A stretch of 64,000 nt of DNA from assembly GCA_011773785.1 (NCBI GenBank), contig WVWY01000001.1:3085-67084 (forward strand). Reading direction: 5' to 3'. Within the stretch, counting starts at the first letter, position 1, and the number at the start of each line of letters is the position of its first letter. The stretch is from Candidatus Nitrosomaritimum khambatensis (GTDB lineage: Archaea > Thermoproteota > Nitrososphaeria > Nitrososphaerales > Nitrosopumilaceae). Below are positions 1-8,613 of the stretch, piece by piece. The notes beneath the pieces were generated by a model. It searched no databases, was not told the DNA's origin, and saw nothing but the letters and a program-made list of their open reading frames with translations. A program made the position numbers and the translations under genes.

Positions 1-194
1 TTTCCAACCTTTAGTGGCGAGACTCGCTCAAATCCCAATACATTTTCAGTAAGGTGAATAGCATCACAATTTTTTGATATTAGTTTAATTTTCTCAATGA
101 ATTTTGAAATGGACTCATCCAAATCAACTCCTGGTGTAATTTTAGGTGGATTTGCCTCGTACCTGATGGTCATATGATGATGTTTTTGAACCAT
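1..194 (-). CDS. 5' part of a gene that runs off the window; possibly a methylenetetrahydrofolate-reductase-like protein (tentative)
   Basis: Minus-strand frame is open from ATG 194 (alternative ATG 173) to the window edge: (MVQKHHH)MTIRYEANPPKITPGVDLDESISKFIEKIKLISKNCDAIHLTENVLGFERVSPLKVG. The family guess rests only on the N-terminal xxPPK pattern. Confidence 0.35.
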   Translation of the reverse strand, partial: MVQKHHHMTIRYEANPPKITPGVDLDESISKFIEKIKLISKNCDAIHLTENVLGFERVSPLKVG

Positions 195-247
195 GAATAA
201 AACCTTTGAACGATAAAACCCATATGGAATAGTAGGAAATCAAAATC

Positions 248-796
248 ATGATTTTAGAAGAAATAAAATCAATTCTTTCAAGTGAAATCAATCCTACAAT
301 TGAAGATCCTGGAAAGTACAAACTAGCATCAATACTTGTTGTAATTTATGGCAAATCTCCTGTTGTGGTTATGACTGAAAAACCAAAACATATGAAATTT
401 CATGCAGGTGAAATCTCTTTTCCAGGTGGGAAGCTTGATTATGATGATGATAATTTGCTTGATACTGCTTTGAGGGAGACTAGCGAAGAAATTGGCCTGA
501 CAATACGAAAAGACCAAGTAATTGGACAACTAAAACCTGTAATCACTTTAAACTCTGGATTCAAAATTCTTCCATTTGTTTCAGTTATAGATGAAATTCC
601 TCCACTGTCTGCAAACGCAGAAGTTGAAACAATCTTCCACATACCCTTAGAACCATTTTTAAAAACAATGGCACATGATCCTGATCCTTCACATAACTTG
701 ATTCAAGAAATGTATACCTTTGAGTATCAAGGTCAAATTGTTTGGGGAGCATCAGCTAGAGTACTAAAACAAATATCTGATTGCCTAATATCCTGA
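248..796 (+). CDS. Nudix hydrolase, CoA-pyrophosphatase type
   Basis: Nudix box 'FPGGKLDYDDDNLLDTALRETSEEIGL', preceded by a 'MTEKPKHMKFHAGEISFPGG' stretch like the CoA-type upstream motif. Confidence 0.8.
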   Translation: MILEEIKSILSSEINPTIEDPGKYKLASILVVIYGKSPVVVMTEKPKHMKFHAGEISFPGGKLDYDDDNLLDTALRETSEEIGLTIRKDQVIGQLKPVITLNSGFKILPFVSVIDEIPPLSANAEVETIFHIPLEPFLKTMAHDPDPSHNLIQEMYTFEYQGQIVWGASARVLKQISDCLIS

Positions 797-801
797 GATT
801 C

Positions 802-811
802 ATTTAAAAAG
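802..811 (+). promoter_or_regulatory. TATA-like box upstream of the L39e-L31e pair
   Basis: 'atttaaaaag' is centred about 28 nt upstream of ATG 834. That spacing fits a leaderless or short-leader archaeal promoter. Confidence 0.35.
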
Positions 812-833
812 AGCTCTTCAGGGTTCAAAATCT

Positions 834-992
834 ATGGCTGCACGCAAGTCATCTCCAAGGAAAATTCGTCTGTTAAAGAAAACCAAGCAGACATCCCCAG
901 TACCAGCTTGGGTTATTCTTAGAACTAACAGAACTGTTAGAACAAATCCAAAGCGTAGAGCATGGAGATCAACTGATGCGGAGGTTGGATAG
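834..992 (+). CDS. rpl39e: 50S ribosomal protein L39e (52 aa, below the ORF-track cutoff)
   Basis: Manual translation gives MAARKSSPRKIRLLKKTKQTSPVPAWVILRTNRTVRTNPKRRAWRSTDAEVG. The 'VPxWVxxxTNRxV..NPKRRxWRR' core is typical of L39e. The stop abuts the L31e start. Confidence 0.85.
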   Translation: MAARKSSPRKIRLLKKTKQTSPVPAWVILRTNRTVRTNPKRRAWRSTDAEVG

Positions 993-1451
993 TTGTCTCA
1001 AGAATTAGAAAGAGTTCATACAATTAACTTGGGTAAAGCACTATTATCTGTAGATACTCATCGTGCAACAAGAGCAATTAACATGATAAAAGAATATGCT
1101 CGACGCCACATGAAAGTTGAAGAAATAAAAATTGAAGAAGACTTGGCTCAACAAATTTGGGCAAGAGGGGCAAGACATCCTCCAAGAAAAATTAGAGTTA
1201 GAATGAGTAAAACCGATGAAGGTTATATTTTGGTTTCAAGATTTGATGAAGATGCCGAAGCCGAAATTGCACCAGAAACAGAGACTAAGAAAGTTGAAGA
1301 AAAGGTAGCACCAGAAGCTGAAGAAGCAGAACTAAAAGAACCAGAAGCTGAAGAAGCAGAACTAAAAGAACCAGAAGCTGAAGAGCCAGCTAAAGAAGAA
1401 GCAGAACTAAAAGAACCAGAAAAAGAAGAAAAGAAAGAATCTAAGAAATAG
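993..1451 (+). CDS. rpl31e: 50S ribosomal protein L31e with a long acidic, repeat-containing C-terminal extension
   Basis: TTG start. 'RVHTINLGKA...RATRAINMIKEYARRHMK...IWARGARHPPRKIRVRM' is an L31e core, followed by about 65 aa of E/K/A/P-rich tail. Confidence 0.85.
   Translation: MSQELERVHTINLGKALLSVDTHRATRAINMIKEYARRHMKVEEIKIEEDLAQQIWARGARHPPRKIRVRMSKTDEGYILVSRFDEDAEAEIAPETETKKVEEKVAPEAEEAELKEPEAEEAELKEPEAEEPAKEEAELKEPEKEEKKESKK
1311..1421 (+). repeat. In-frame 30-nt tandem repeat inside the L31e tail
   Basis: 'ccagaagctgaagaagcagaactaaaagaa' is perfect at 1311-1340 and 1341-1370. A partial third unit starts at 1371, and the 'gaagcagaactaaaagaaccagaa' segment recurs at 1398-1421. It encodes PEAEEAELKE repeats. 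Confidence 0.9.
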
Positions 1452-1475
1452 TCTTTTAGAAATTTAAAATTAATT

Positions 1476-2429
1476 TTATTCTAGTTGATACAAATCAAGT
1501 TTGCAATCAATACTGCATTCTGGATTTGACCAATCAAGTGTATCTTCTTGAGGAATTACACCTAGTGGATCATAGTTGTCAAACTTTGTCATTCCTTGAA
1601 CTGCAGATACCATTACAATTTTTGATTCATCTGCAGATGATGAGGACAAATCTACTTGGGAGTTATTTTCATTGAGAACTCCACTTGTTAGATTGGAAAT
1701 AGAGTTCAAAACTCCTACTGGAATGTTATTGCCACCTGCTACATACAAGATTGAGCGTTTTACTGCGTTAGGAGATGTGTTTCCGTAAAGCATTTTGAGT
1801 GAGTCTCTGAGGGATTCTTCAATGTGCTGGCCCTCTTTGCTTGCAGTCAAGATGTTGGTTTCAGCTGAAATATCTGAATTTTCAAGGGCACCTACTACAT
1901 GCAAAATTGCAGAATTTGCAATTCCATAACAGTCCTTTGGACTAAGGTCTGGGTTGCTTTCTAAAAGTGAGTCATTATCCAAAACTACTGTGCAGTCTGA
2001 ATCTGCTCTAAGTCGTTTAAGAGAAACGCCTGAATTGAAAATTCTGTCTTTTTCATACTTGAATGGCATGATTGCAAAGGAAACTAAGCCTACCTCAGAT
2101 TCCTTACAAATTTCTGACACAACTGGAGATATAGCAGAACCTGCTTTTCCTGCCAAGTTGGTCATGAGAATAACTGTGGAATAGCGTGAAATGGTTGATT
2201 TTATCTGGTCTGCAACTTTGTAAGTTGAGCCTCTAATCAATTGAATTGAAGGATTAACTACTGAGTCAGTCGAGATTGCTATTGTCTGGCAGTCTGCCTG
2301 GAGGTCTTTTTGATCGTTACTAATTATTAGACAATCAGAGTTTACAATGTCTTTTGCTTGGGTTGCAAGTTTTGAGCCTGCTCCTCCTAAACCAACAATT
2401 AAGATCGGTGATTTGACTTGAAAACTCAT
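1476..2429 (-). CDS. Divergent FtsZ/tubulin-family protein with a degenerate GTP-binding signature
   Basis: The N-terminal 'ILIVGLGGAGSKLA' resembles the FtsZ 'IGVGGGGxNA' motif, and 'VVLDNDSLLE' resembles FtsZ 'xxPNDxLL'. The tubulin signature GGGTG(S/T)G is replaced by 'NLAGKAGSA'. Confidence 0.6.
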   Translation of the reverse strand: MSFQVKSPILIVGLGGAGSKLATQAKDIVNSDCLIISNDQKDLQADCQTIAISTDSVVNPSIQLIRGSTYKVADQIKSTISRYSTVILMTNLAGKAGSAISPVVSEICKESEVGLVSFAIMPFKYEKDRIFNSGVSLKRLRADSDCTVVLDNDSLLESNPDLSPKDCYGIANSAILHVVGALENSDISAETNILTASKEGQHIEESLRDSLKMLYGNTSPNAVKRSILYVAGGNNIPVGVLNSISNLTSGVLNENNSQVDLSSSSADESKIVMVSAVQGMTKFDNYDPLGVIPQEDTLDWSNPECSIDCKLDLYQLE

Positions 2430-2502
2430 TCTATGAGGTAATTGATTATTTGGATAAAAAACCTTCTTACGTTTTTTTAATCAAATTTCAGATCTAAAAA
2501 AT

Positions 2503-3771
2503 TTAACAAGCGATCCTACCTATTAGGCTGTGGTTTGTTGCCTTGACGATCTCAACTTTGTGTATCTGACCAATCTCGACATCTTGATCCACAAAGATAG
2601 ATTTGTATGCAAAGTTTCTTCCCTTGATTCCCTCATCGGTGTTTTCATTAAACAAAACTTTGCCCTTCCAGCCGATCCATTTTTTATTGCTATCGTTTGA
2701 GATTTGGTTTGTCAAATCAAAAATTATCTTGCTCCTTCTCTTTACTTCTGAAACATCAATTTGCTCCCATTCAGCAGCTTCTGTTCCAGGTCTTGCGCTA
2801 TATCGTGAGAGATTAACAATGTCTGGCTTTGTCTTTTTTAGCAAACTTACAGTTTTTTCAAAGTCCTCTTTTGTTTCTGATGGAAATCCAACTATTATGT
2901 CAGTTGATATTGTAAATTGTGGGAATCTCTCTCTTACTTTGGTAACTACGTCTCTAAATGTCTCAGCAGTGTGTCCTCTTTTCATATCATTGAGAACCTT
3001 GTTACTTCCGCTCTGAACAGGAACATGTAGAAACTTGTAGACCTTGTCATTATCAAAAGAATCAATCAATTTGTCTTTAATGCGAACCATGTACATTGGG
3101 TTCATCATTCCAACTCTTATTCTAAAGTCATCGGGAATCTCTGAAACTGTATTAACTAATGTAGGCAAGTCTGTTCCAATGTCAAAACCATAGCATCCAT
3201 TATCAGTTGATGTTAGCCAAACCTCCTTGCACCCATCTTTGATTTCAGTTTCAACTTGCCTTACAATGTCTCCTATTCTGTAACTTTGGAGGTCTCCTTT
3301 AGCTAATTTTGTCTGGCAAAATGTGCACTCACTCATACATCCACTTGCAATCTCTATGATTCCCACTGCAGGATTCAACCTCACCTTTGGAAGGCCAACC
3401 TTTGAAACATCAGAGTCCTCCAAGGCAATCTGTCTAGTTCCTTTTAGAGTTGAGTCAATTACCTGCAAAGTCTTTCCAAGAGAATTTGGCCCCAACATGG
3501 ATGCGTTTTCTGTAAATTTTTCTACAGTTGATTTTTCAGCCTTTGGCAGGCAACCAGCTACTACTAGTGGTTTTTCTTTAAGGGATTTTATTCTGTAAAT
3601 CATTTTGTTTGCAGTTGCATCTTTAACAGAGCATGTTACAATTACATTCAAGTCAGATTGGTCAGAACTATCAACTAGAGTATGACCTCCATTTGCAATT
3701 AGTCCTGAAATCATCTCTGAATCTGAAAAACTTGCAGAGCATCCGTATGCCTCTACAAAGATCTTTGCCAT
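2503..3771 (-). CDS. Radical-SAM methylthiotransferase, archaeal MiaB/MtaB (CDKAL1-like) family
   Basis: N-terminal 'KIFVEAYGCSASFSDSE' (UPF0004 domain), radical SAM 'CMSECTFCQTK', and a C-terminal TRAM-like region. Confidence 0.85.
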   Translation of the reverse strand: MAKIFVEAYGCSASFSDSEMISGLIANGGHTLVDSSDQSDLNVIVTCSVKDATANKMIYRIKSLKEKPLVVAGCLPKAEKSTVEKFTENASMLGPNSLGKTLQVIDSTLKGTRQIALEDSDVSKVGLPKVRLNPAVGIIEIASGCMSECTFCQTKLAKGDLQSYRIGDIVRQVETEIKDGCKEVWLTSTDNGCYGFDIGTDLPTLVNTVSEIPDDFRIRVGMMNPMYMVRIKDKLIDSFDNDKVYKFLHVPVQSGSNKVLNDMKRGHTAETFRDVVTKVRERFPQFTISTDIIVGFPSETKEDFEKTVSLLKKTKPDIVNLSRYSARPGTEAAEWEQIDVSEVKRRSKIIFDLTNQISNDSNKKWIGWKGKVLFNENTDEGIKGRNFAYKSIFVDQDVEIGQIHKVEIVKATNHSLIGRIAC

Positions 3772-3774
3772 GCT

Positions 3775-5136
3775 CTATCCAAACAAAGAATCAATTTCTT
3801 TGTTGCTCATAAGATTCTTGGAAACTACTAGTTCTCTAATGGTCTTACCTGTCTTGAGAGACTCTTTGAACAACTCTGCAGACTTTAGATATCCAATTTT
3901 TGGAGTAAGCAGAGTTACAATCACTGGACTGTTTTCGATATCTTTTCTTAGCTTTTCTCTGTTTGCAGTTAACCCATCAATTAGATTTGCAGAAAATATT
4001 GGGAAGAAATTCTTTATCATGTCAGTTGATTCTAACATACACTTTAGCATCCCAGGTAACATTACATTGAGCTCAAATTGTCCTGCTTGAGCTGCGTTGG
4101 ATACGGCAGTATCATTTCCAATTATGTTAAAACAAATCATGTTCATGCACTCAGCCAAAGATGGATTTACTTTTCCTGGCATTATTGAAGAGCCTGCATG
4201 AACTGCGGGAATTCCAAGCTCTGCTAATCCCGCAATTGGACCTGATGCCATTAATCTAATGTCATTTGCAAGCTTGTTTACTTCAAGGGCTAAGTTACGC
4301 AACGCAGCAGATAGATTAGCCACTGCAAACTTGCTTTGCAATGCAAACTGCATGTCTTTTTCAGGTTTTAATGGAAGTTTTGAAATTTTAGCAAGCTCTG
4401 CAATTGCAATTTTTCTGTATCCTCTTGGAGTATTTGCTCCTGTTCCAACTGCAGTTCCTCCAAGTGCAACACTTTGTAATTCCTTTTGAGCTGCTACAAT
4501 TGCATTTTTTGCTTTTGTAATTGCAGTAACATAAGCCGCAAATTCATTTCCCAAAGTAACTGGAAGTGCATCCATAAGATGAGTTCTCCCAATTTTTTTA
4601 AATGCAGAAAACTGTTTTGATTTTTTTGTTAATGACTTGATTAATTTATCAACTGCTGGAATTGTTTCTTTTAAATTCATCAAAATTGCAACATGCATTG
4701 CAGTAGGATATGTATCATTACTTGATTGTGACATGTTTACATGATCATTTGGATGCAAGTGTTCATACTGTCCTTTTTTCTTGTGAAGAACCTCTAGGGC
4801 AACATTTGAGATCACTTCGTTTGAGTTCATGTTAAAGGCAGTACCTGCACCAGAGTTTATCATGTCCACTACAAATTGGTCGACGTGTTTACCTGATAGA
4901 ATTTTATCACATGCTGCTACAATTGCTCTTCCGCGTTTAGTGTCAATTGACTTTGTTTTCATGTTGGCAACAGCTGCTGATCGCTTTATCATGACAAAAG
5001 ACTTTATCAAATTCTCATGGGCTTTTTGACCCGTTACATGGTACTGCTGAATAGCCCTTCCAGTAAATGCTCCATAATATGCATCAGCTGGAATCTTTAC
5101 TTTTCCTAGAGAATCTTGGTCTAGTCTAAACTTCAA
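3775..5136 (-). CDS. Class II fumarate hydratase / aspartate ammonia-lyase family enzyme
   Basis: Fumarate-lyase signature 'GSSIMPGKVNP', the 'SSNDTYPTA' motif, and a typical N-terminus 'RLDQDSLGKVKIPADAYYG'. Confidence 0.85.
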   Translation of the reverse strand: MKFRLDQDSLGKVKIPADAYYGAFTGRAIQQYHVTGQKAHENLIKSFVMIKRSAAVANMKTKSIDTKRGRAIVAACDKILSGKHVDQFVVDMINSGAGTAFNMNSNEVISNVALEVLHKKKGQYEHLHPNDHVNMSQSSNDTYPTAMHVAILMNLKETIPAVDKLIKSLTKKSKQFSAFKKIGRTHLMDALPVTLGNEFAAYVTAITKAKNAIVAAQKELQSVALGGTAVGTGANTPRGYRKIAIAELAKISKLPLKPEKDMQFALQSKFAVANLSAALRNLALEVNKLANDIRLMASGPIAGLAELGIPAVHAGSSIMPGKVNPSLAECMNMICFNIIGNDTAVSNAAQAGQFELNVMLPGMLKCMLESTDMIKNFFPIFSANLIDGLTANREKLRKDIENSPVIVTLLTPKIGYLKSAELFKESLKTGKTIRELVVSKNLMSNKEIDSLFG

Positions 5137-5214
5137 ATCATTAAGTCCGTGTTTCCACCGATATTCATTCTTTTTCAGGGCAATTCATACATTCACAGAA
5201 TACACGGATTGGAA

Positions 5215-5226
5215 AAATATTATATA
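5215..5226 (+). promoter_or_regulatory. TATA box of the nirK-like gene
   Basis: 'aaatattatata' is centred about 29 nt upstream of ATG 5250. Confidence 0.4.
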
Positions 5227-5235
5227 GGCTTGACA

Positions 5236-5248
5236 AAGCACCGTGCTT
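5236..5248 (+). promoter_or_regulatory. Perfect 6-1-6 palindrome between the TATA box and the nirK start codon (candidate operator)
   Basis: In 'aagcac c gtgctt' the arms are exact reverse complements. The palindrome ends 1 nt before ATG 5250. Confidence 0.3.
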
Positions 5249-5249
5249 A

Positions 5250-6659
5250 ATGAATAAGCGTACTAGTATGCTCTTTACTATCGCAGCAGTAGCTGTTATG
5301 GGAGCAACCTTATTCGGAAGCACATACACACAAACCCAAATTGCCGGTCAATCTATCGATGCATCCAAAATGGATGTCACCGTCTTAGACCAAATCCGTG
5401 CAATGGGCGGTTTAGAGCTTGTAATGCCTCAAGCATTTGCAGAAACTGATTGTGGTGTCTTAGAAAACTCTGGACGTAATGTCGTAGAGTTCAATTTGGA
5501 AGGTTACAGTGTTGAGCTCCCAATTATGGGCGGCAAGACTTACAACGCCATGACCTTTAGTGGACAAGTCCCAGGACCAACACTAAGAGTTACACAAGGT
5601 GACGTTGTAAAGATGACACTACACATTCCTGATTGGGAAGTTACTGGACACGGTAACGACATGCACGCATCACAAATCACTGCAGGAGCATTCGAGTCAG
5701 TCAATCCTGGCGAAACAAGTCAGTATTGTTACATCGCTGAAGCTGCAGGTATTTTCAAATACCATTGTTCTGGTGTTAAACTAGTTGGTATGGACCAACA
5801 CGTACTTTCCGGCATGTACGGAATTGCAATTGTTGATCCTGCAAACGGTTACAAGAAATTAATGGTAGAGAAGACCAGTGGTAGCGGTGAACTTGACAGA
5901 AAGTTCTACTCTGCTGATGCATTAGAGTTCCAACTCCAATACAATCAATTGTATTTGACTCCTGAAGGCAACTATGATGCCGGAGCAATGTTCCAACATC
6001 ATAACACTGCAACAGTTGTCAATGGTATGCAATTTGGTTATGTACCAAACATGGCTCATAACTTACTTGTAAATGGTGACACAAACAAAAACATCTTTGT
6101 AGCACAACCATGGAATGGACTTGAGCACAAGCAATACCAATCACAACTCATGTTCGTTGAGAACGATCAACACGTGAGAATCTTCATTGAAAACCAAGGT
6201 AACGAACCAGTATTCTTCCACATTGTAGGAGAAATTTTGGACAGAGTTACACAAGGTAACAGAGTACAATCAGCAGCAACTGAAACATGGTTGCTCGGTG
6301 GCTCACAAGGAATGATTGTTGACCTAGTCTTTGATGAACCAGGCGTATATGCCGCAGTTAATCACGACTATGCAGCAATTTACACTGGCGCTGCTTCAAT
6401 CTTTGTAGCAGGAGACCCATTCGGCTTGAACCCAGTTCTAGTTGAGAAAGGAGTTCTCGAAGCACCAGTACCATCTTATGCATATGCATTAGGTAACCCA
6501 AGTGATGCAGTACCACCAATGGGAATGAACAGCATTGCACATCCTGCAGTCAACATTCACGGTTTGTACACTGATGAAGTAGCTTCTGAAATGCAAGAAC
6601 AAGGCATGATCGCATTATGGGAAGTAATTCCTGTAGTTGCAGAAATTCTTACTTCTTGA
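5250..6659 (+). CDS. nirK: Copper-containing nitrite reductase-like multicopper oxidase (NirK homologue)
   Basis: N-terminal signal or anchor. 'GHGNDMHAS' has the HxxxxH spacing of the T1/T2 Cu ligands, and 'KYHCSGVKLVGMDQHVLSGMYG' matches the NirK H-C...H-x4-M ligand block. Confidence 0.75.
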   Translation: MNKRTSMLFTIAAVAVMGATLFGSTYTQTQIAGQSIDASKMDVTVLDQIRAMGGLELVMPQAFAETDCGVLENSGRNVVEFNLEGYSVELPIMGGKTYNAMTFSGQVPGPTLRVTQGDVVKMTLHIPDWEVTGHGNDMHASQITAGAFESVNPGETSQYCYIAEAAGIFKYHCSGVKLVGMDQHVLSGMYGIAIVDPANGYKKLMVEKTSGSGELDRKFYSADALEFQLQYNQLYLTPEGNYDAGAMFQHHNTATVVNGMQFGYVPNMAHNLLVNGDTNKNIFVAQPWNGLEHKQYQSQLMFVENDQHVRIFIENQGNEPVFFHIVGEILDRVTQGNRVQSAATETWLLGGSQGMIVDLVFDEPGVYAAVNHDYAAIYTGAASIFVAGDPFGLNPVLVEKGVLEAPVPSYAYALGNPSDAVPPMGMNSIAHPAVNIHGLYTDEVASEMQEQGMIALWEVIPVVAEILTS

Positions 6660-6691
6660 TCATTTAACCTTCTTTTCTTTTTCTTTTAATG

Positions 6692-6700
6692 AAATATATT
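6692..6700 (+). promoter_or_regulatory. TATA-like box upstream of the dehydrogenase gene
   Basis: 'aaatatatt' lies about 26 nt upstream of ATG 6722. Confidence 0.3.
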
Positions 6701-6721
6701 CAGTGAATCGTGTGCAATGTT

Positions 6722-7654
6722 ATGGGCTTTGATGATACTGTTTTAATTTGTGATGAAGTAGATCCAATTTTAAACAAAGTTTTAGAAGACAATGGTTTGA
6801 AAGTTTCTTACGAACCAACAATTACTCCTGAACAAATTGTGGAAAAAATTTCTGATTTCAATATTGTAATTGTTCGAAGCAGAACTACAATTACAAAAGA
6901 AATGATTGACAAAGCCGATAACTGTAAAATTATTGCACGAGTTGGAGTCGGACTTGATAATATTGATCAAGAAGCTGCCAAAGCAAAAAACATTCGAGTA
7001 ATCAATGCAGTTGAAGGGGCAATGAATGCAGTTGCTGAACTAGTTTTAGGATTAATGTTATCTTTAGCAAGACAAACTGCTAGAGGTGATAGAGGAATTC
7101 GTAACGGCCAGTGGCTCAAAAAAGAATTGAAAGGAACCGAGCTTAGAGGAAAGTATCTTGGAATTGTTGGATGTGGAAACATTGGAAAAAGATTAGGTCG
7201 ACTTGCAAGAGCACTAAACATGAACATTATTGGCTATGACGTTATTCCAATTGATGAAGAGTTTTCAAAAGAAGTTGGATTGATGAAAGCTGATTTGGGA
7301 ACTTTGTTGCAAAGCTCAGACTATATCTCAATTCATGTCCCATTGTTAGATTCTACTTATCACTTAATTGATGCTCAAAAAATCTCTACAATGAAAAAGA
7401 CTGCCAAAATCATCAACACATCTCGTGGGGGAGTTATTGATGAAGATGCACTTTACGAGGCCCTGAAAAATGGTAATCTTGGGGGTGCTGCCCTAGATGT
7501 ATTTGAGAAAGAGCCTGCACTTGAGCATAAATTAGCAGAGCTAGATAACGTAATACTCACTCCTCACATTGGAGCACAAACAAAAGAGGCACAAAATTTG
7601 GCTGCAAATGTTATTGGAGAAAAGATAATACAAATTCTTCGCGGTGTTATCTGA
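6722..7654 (+). CDS. serA: D-isomer-specific 2-hydroxyacid dehydrogenase (D-3-phosphoglycerate dehydrogenase-like)
   Basis: NAD fold 'GIVGCGNIGKRLG', 'NTSRGGVIDEDAL', and 'TPHIGAQT'. I preferred the ATG at 6722 over the GTG at 6710. Confidence 0.75.
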   Translation: MGFDDTVLICDEVDPILNKVLEDNGLKVSYEPTITPEQIVEKISDFNIVIVRSRTTITKEMIDKADNCKIIARVGVGLDNIDQEAAKAKNIRVINAVEGAMNAVAELVLGLMLSLARQTARGDRGIRNGQWLKKELKGTELRGKYLGIVGCGNIGKRLGRLARALNMNIIGYDVIPIDEEFSKEVGLMKADLGTLLQSSDYISIHVPLLDSTYHLIDAQKISTMKKTAKIINTSRGGVIDEDALYEALKNGNLGGAALDVFEKEPALEHKLAELDNVILTPHIGAQTKEAQNLAANVIGEKIIQILRGVI

Positions 7655-7755
7655 GCCTAAAGTTTTCATCTTTACAAAAAATAACTAAAAAAGCTTGACT
7701 GATACGTGATTAATTGTCATCTAATTTGTTTTAACGTCAATTTTGAGGAAAATCC

Positions 7756-8613
7756 ATGTTGAATAATACGGGCAATACTAGTTTGCAATCAGAATTACAA
7801 CGAGGCGTTCCTAAATTGAACTATCTTTTGATAATTTCCTTTGGACTAATTTTTGTTGCAATTCTTTCATCAACTTTTGTATATGCTGAAACTACATCTG
7901 TAAATGTTGAAGGCAACTCGTACAGCATTGATTACAATGCAGATGGTCTAACTGTAAACAATGTAGAGCCTGACTTGGATTTTATTTCATTAATTTTTAG
8001 TGTTGATGTTACAAGTTCTCCTGGAACTTTGGAAGTCACTTTTGAGAGAAGCTTCTTTGATTCTATTTACCAAGGAAGTGATGATGCATTTATTGTTCTT
8101 GCCGATGGTGATGAGCCATCTTATTCTGAAACTGAAACTACTGCTACCTCAAGAACACTAAGTATTACATTACCATCTGGTACAGAAGAAGTTGAAATTA
8201 TTGGTACTGTGTTTGCAAGCCCACAACCAGAACCTGAACCAGAACCAACACCAGAGCCAGAACCTGAACCAGAGCCAGAACCTAAACCCGAACCAACTCC
8301 ACAACCAAAACCTGAAGAAAAACCACAACCAACACCAGAAGAAAAACCAACACCAAAACCTGAAGAAAAACCTAGAACAGAATGCGGTCCTGGAACAATT
8401 CTAAAAGATGGTGTTTGTGTTTTAGATCAAAGATGCGGTCCTGGAACAGTACTTGAAGATGGTGTTTGTGTTGTTGTATCTACACCACAGCCAACAGCTT
8501 CTCCATCTGGTATGGGTAAAGAATTAGTTTATGGAATCATTGCTGCATTTGTTGTTGCGGGAATAGTTGGAATAATTCTGGCATTGATGTCAAAGGCTAG
8601 CAAATCTTCCTAG
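7756..8613 (+). CDS. Secreted, C-terminally anchored protein with a PE/PT-rich linker and a duplicated Cys motif
   Basis: N-terminal hydrophobic segment, a '[35 protein letters not shown]...' linker, two copies of 'CGPGT(I/V)L(K/E)DGVCV', and a C-terminal TM helix plus 'KASKSS'. Confidence 0.6.
   Translation: MLNNTGNTSLQSELQRGVPKLNYLLIISFGLIFVAILSSTFVYAETTSVNVEGNSYSIDYNADGLTVNNVEPDLDFISLIFSVDVTSSPGTLEVTFERSFFDSIYQGSDDAFIVLADGDEPSYSETETTATSRTLSITLPSGTEEVEIIGTVFASPQPEPEPEPTPEPEPEPEPEPKPEPTPQPKPEEKPQPTPEEKPTPKPEEKPRTECGPGTILKDGVCVLDQRCGPGTVLEDGVCVVVSTPQPTASPSGMGKELVYGIIAAFVVAGIVGIILALMSKASKSS
8221..8373 (+). repeat. Low-complexity cca/gaa/cct repeat DNA encoding the PE/PT linker
   Basis: Runs of 'ccagaacctgaaccagaacca...' are visible directly. 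Confidence 0.85.

Noticed and set aside
174-220. AUGAUGA followed 12 nt later by AUGA, which looks like the first half of a C/D box sRNA
   Set aside because: There is no downstream C' or CUGA D box and no terminal stem. The region is probably the 5' coding end or promoter region of the minus-strand gene.
8221-8373. Short-period DNA repeats that might superficially suggest a CRISPR-like or satellite array (also 14140-14175)
   Set aside because: The period is 6-12 nt with no spacers, the repeats are in frame, and they encode Pro-Glu linkers inside CDSs. This is not a CRISPR array.
8192-8404. 70-aa ORF rich in Q/N/L ('[17 protein letters not shown]')
   Set aside because: It is the alternate reading frame of the PE/PT repeat DNA inside the 7756-8613 gene, so it is an artefact of repeat periodicity.
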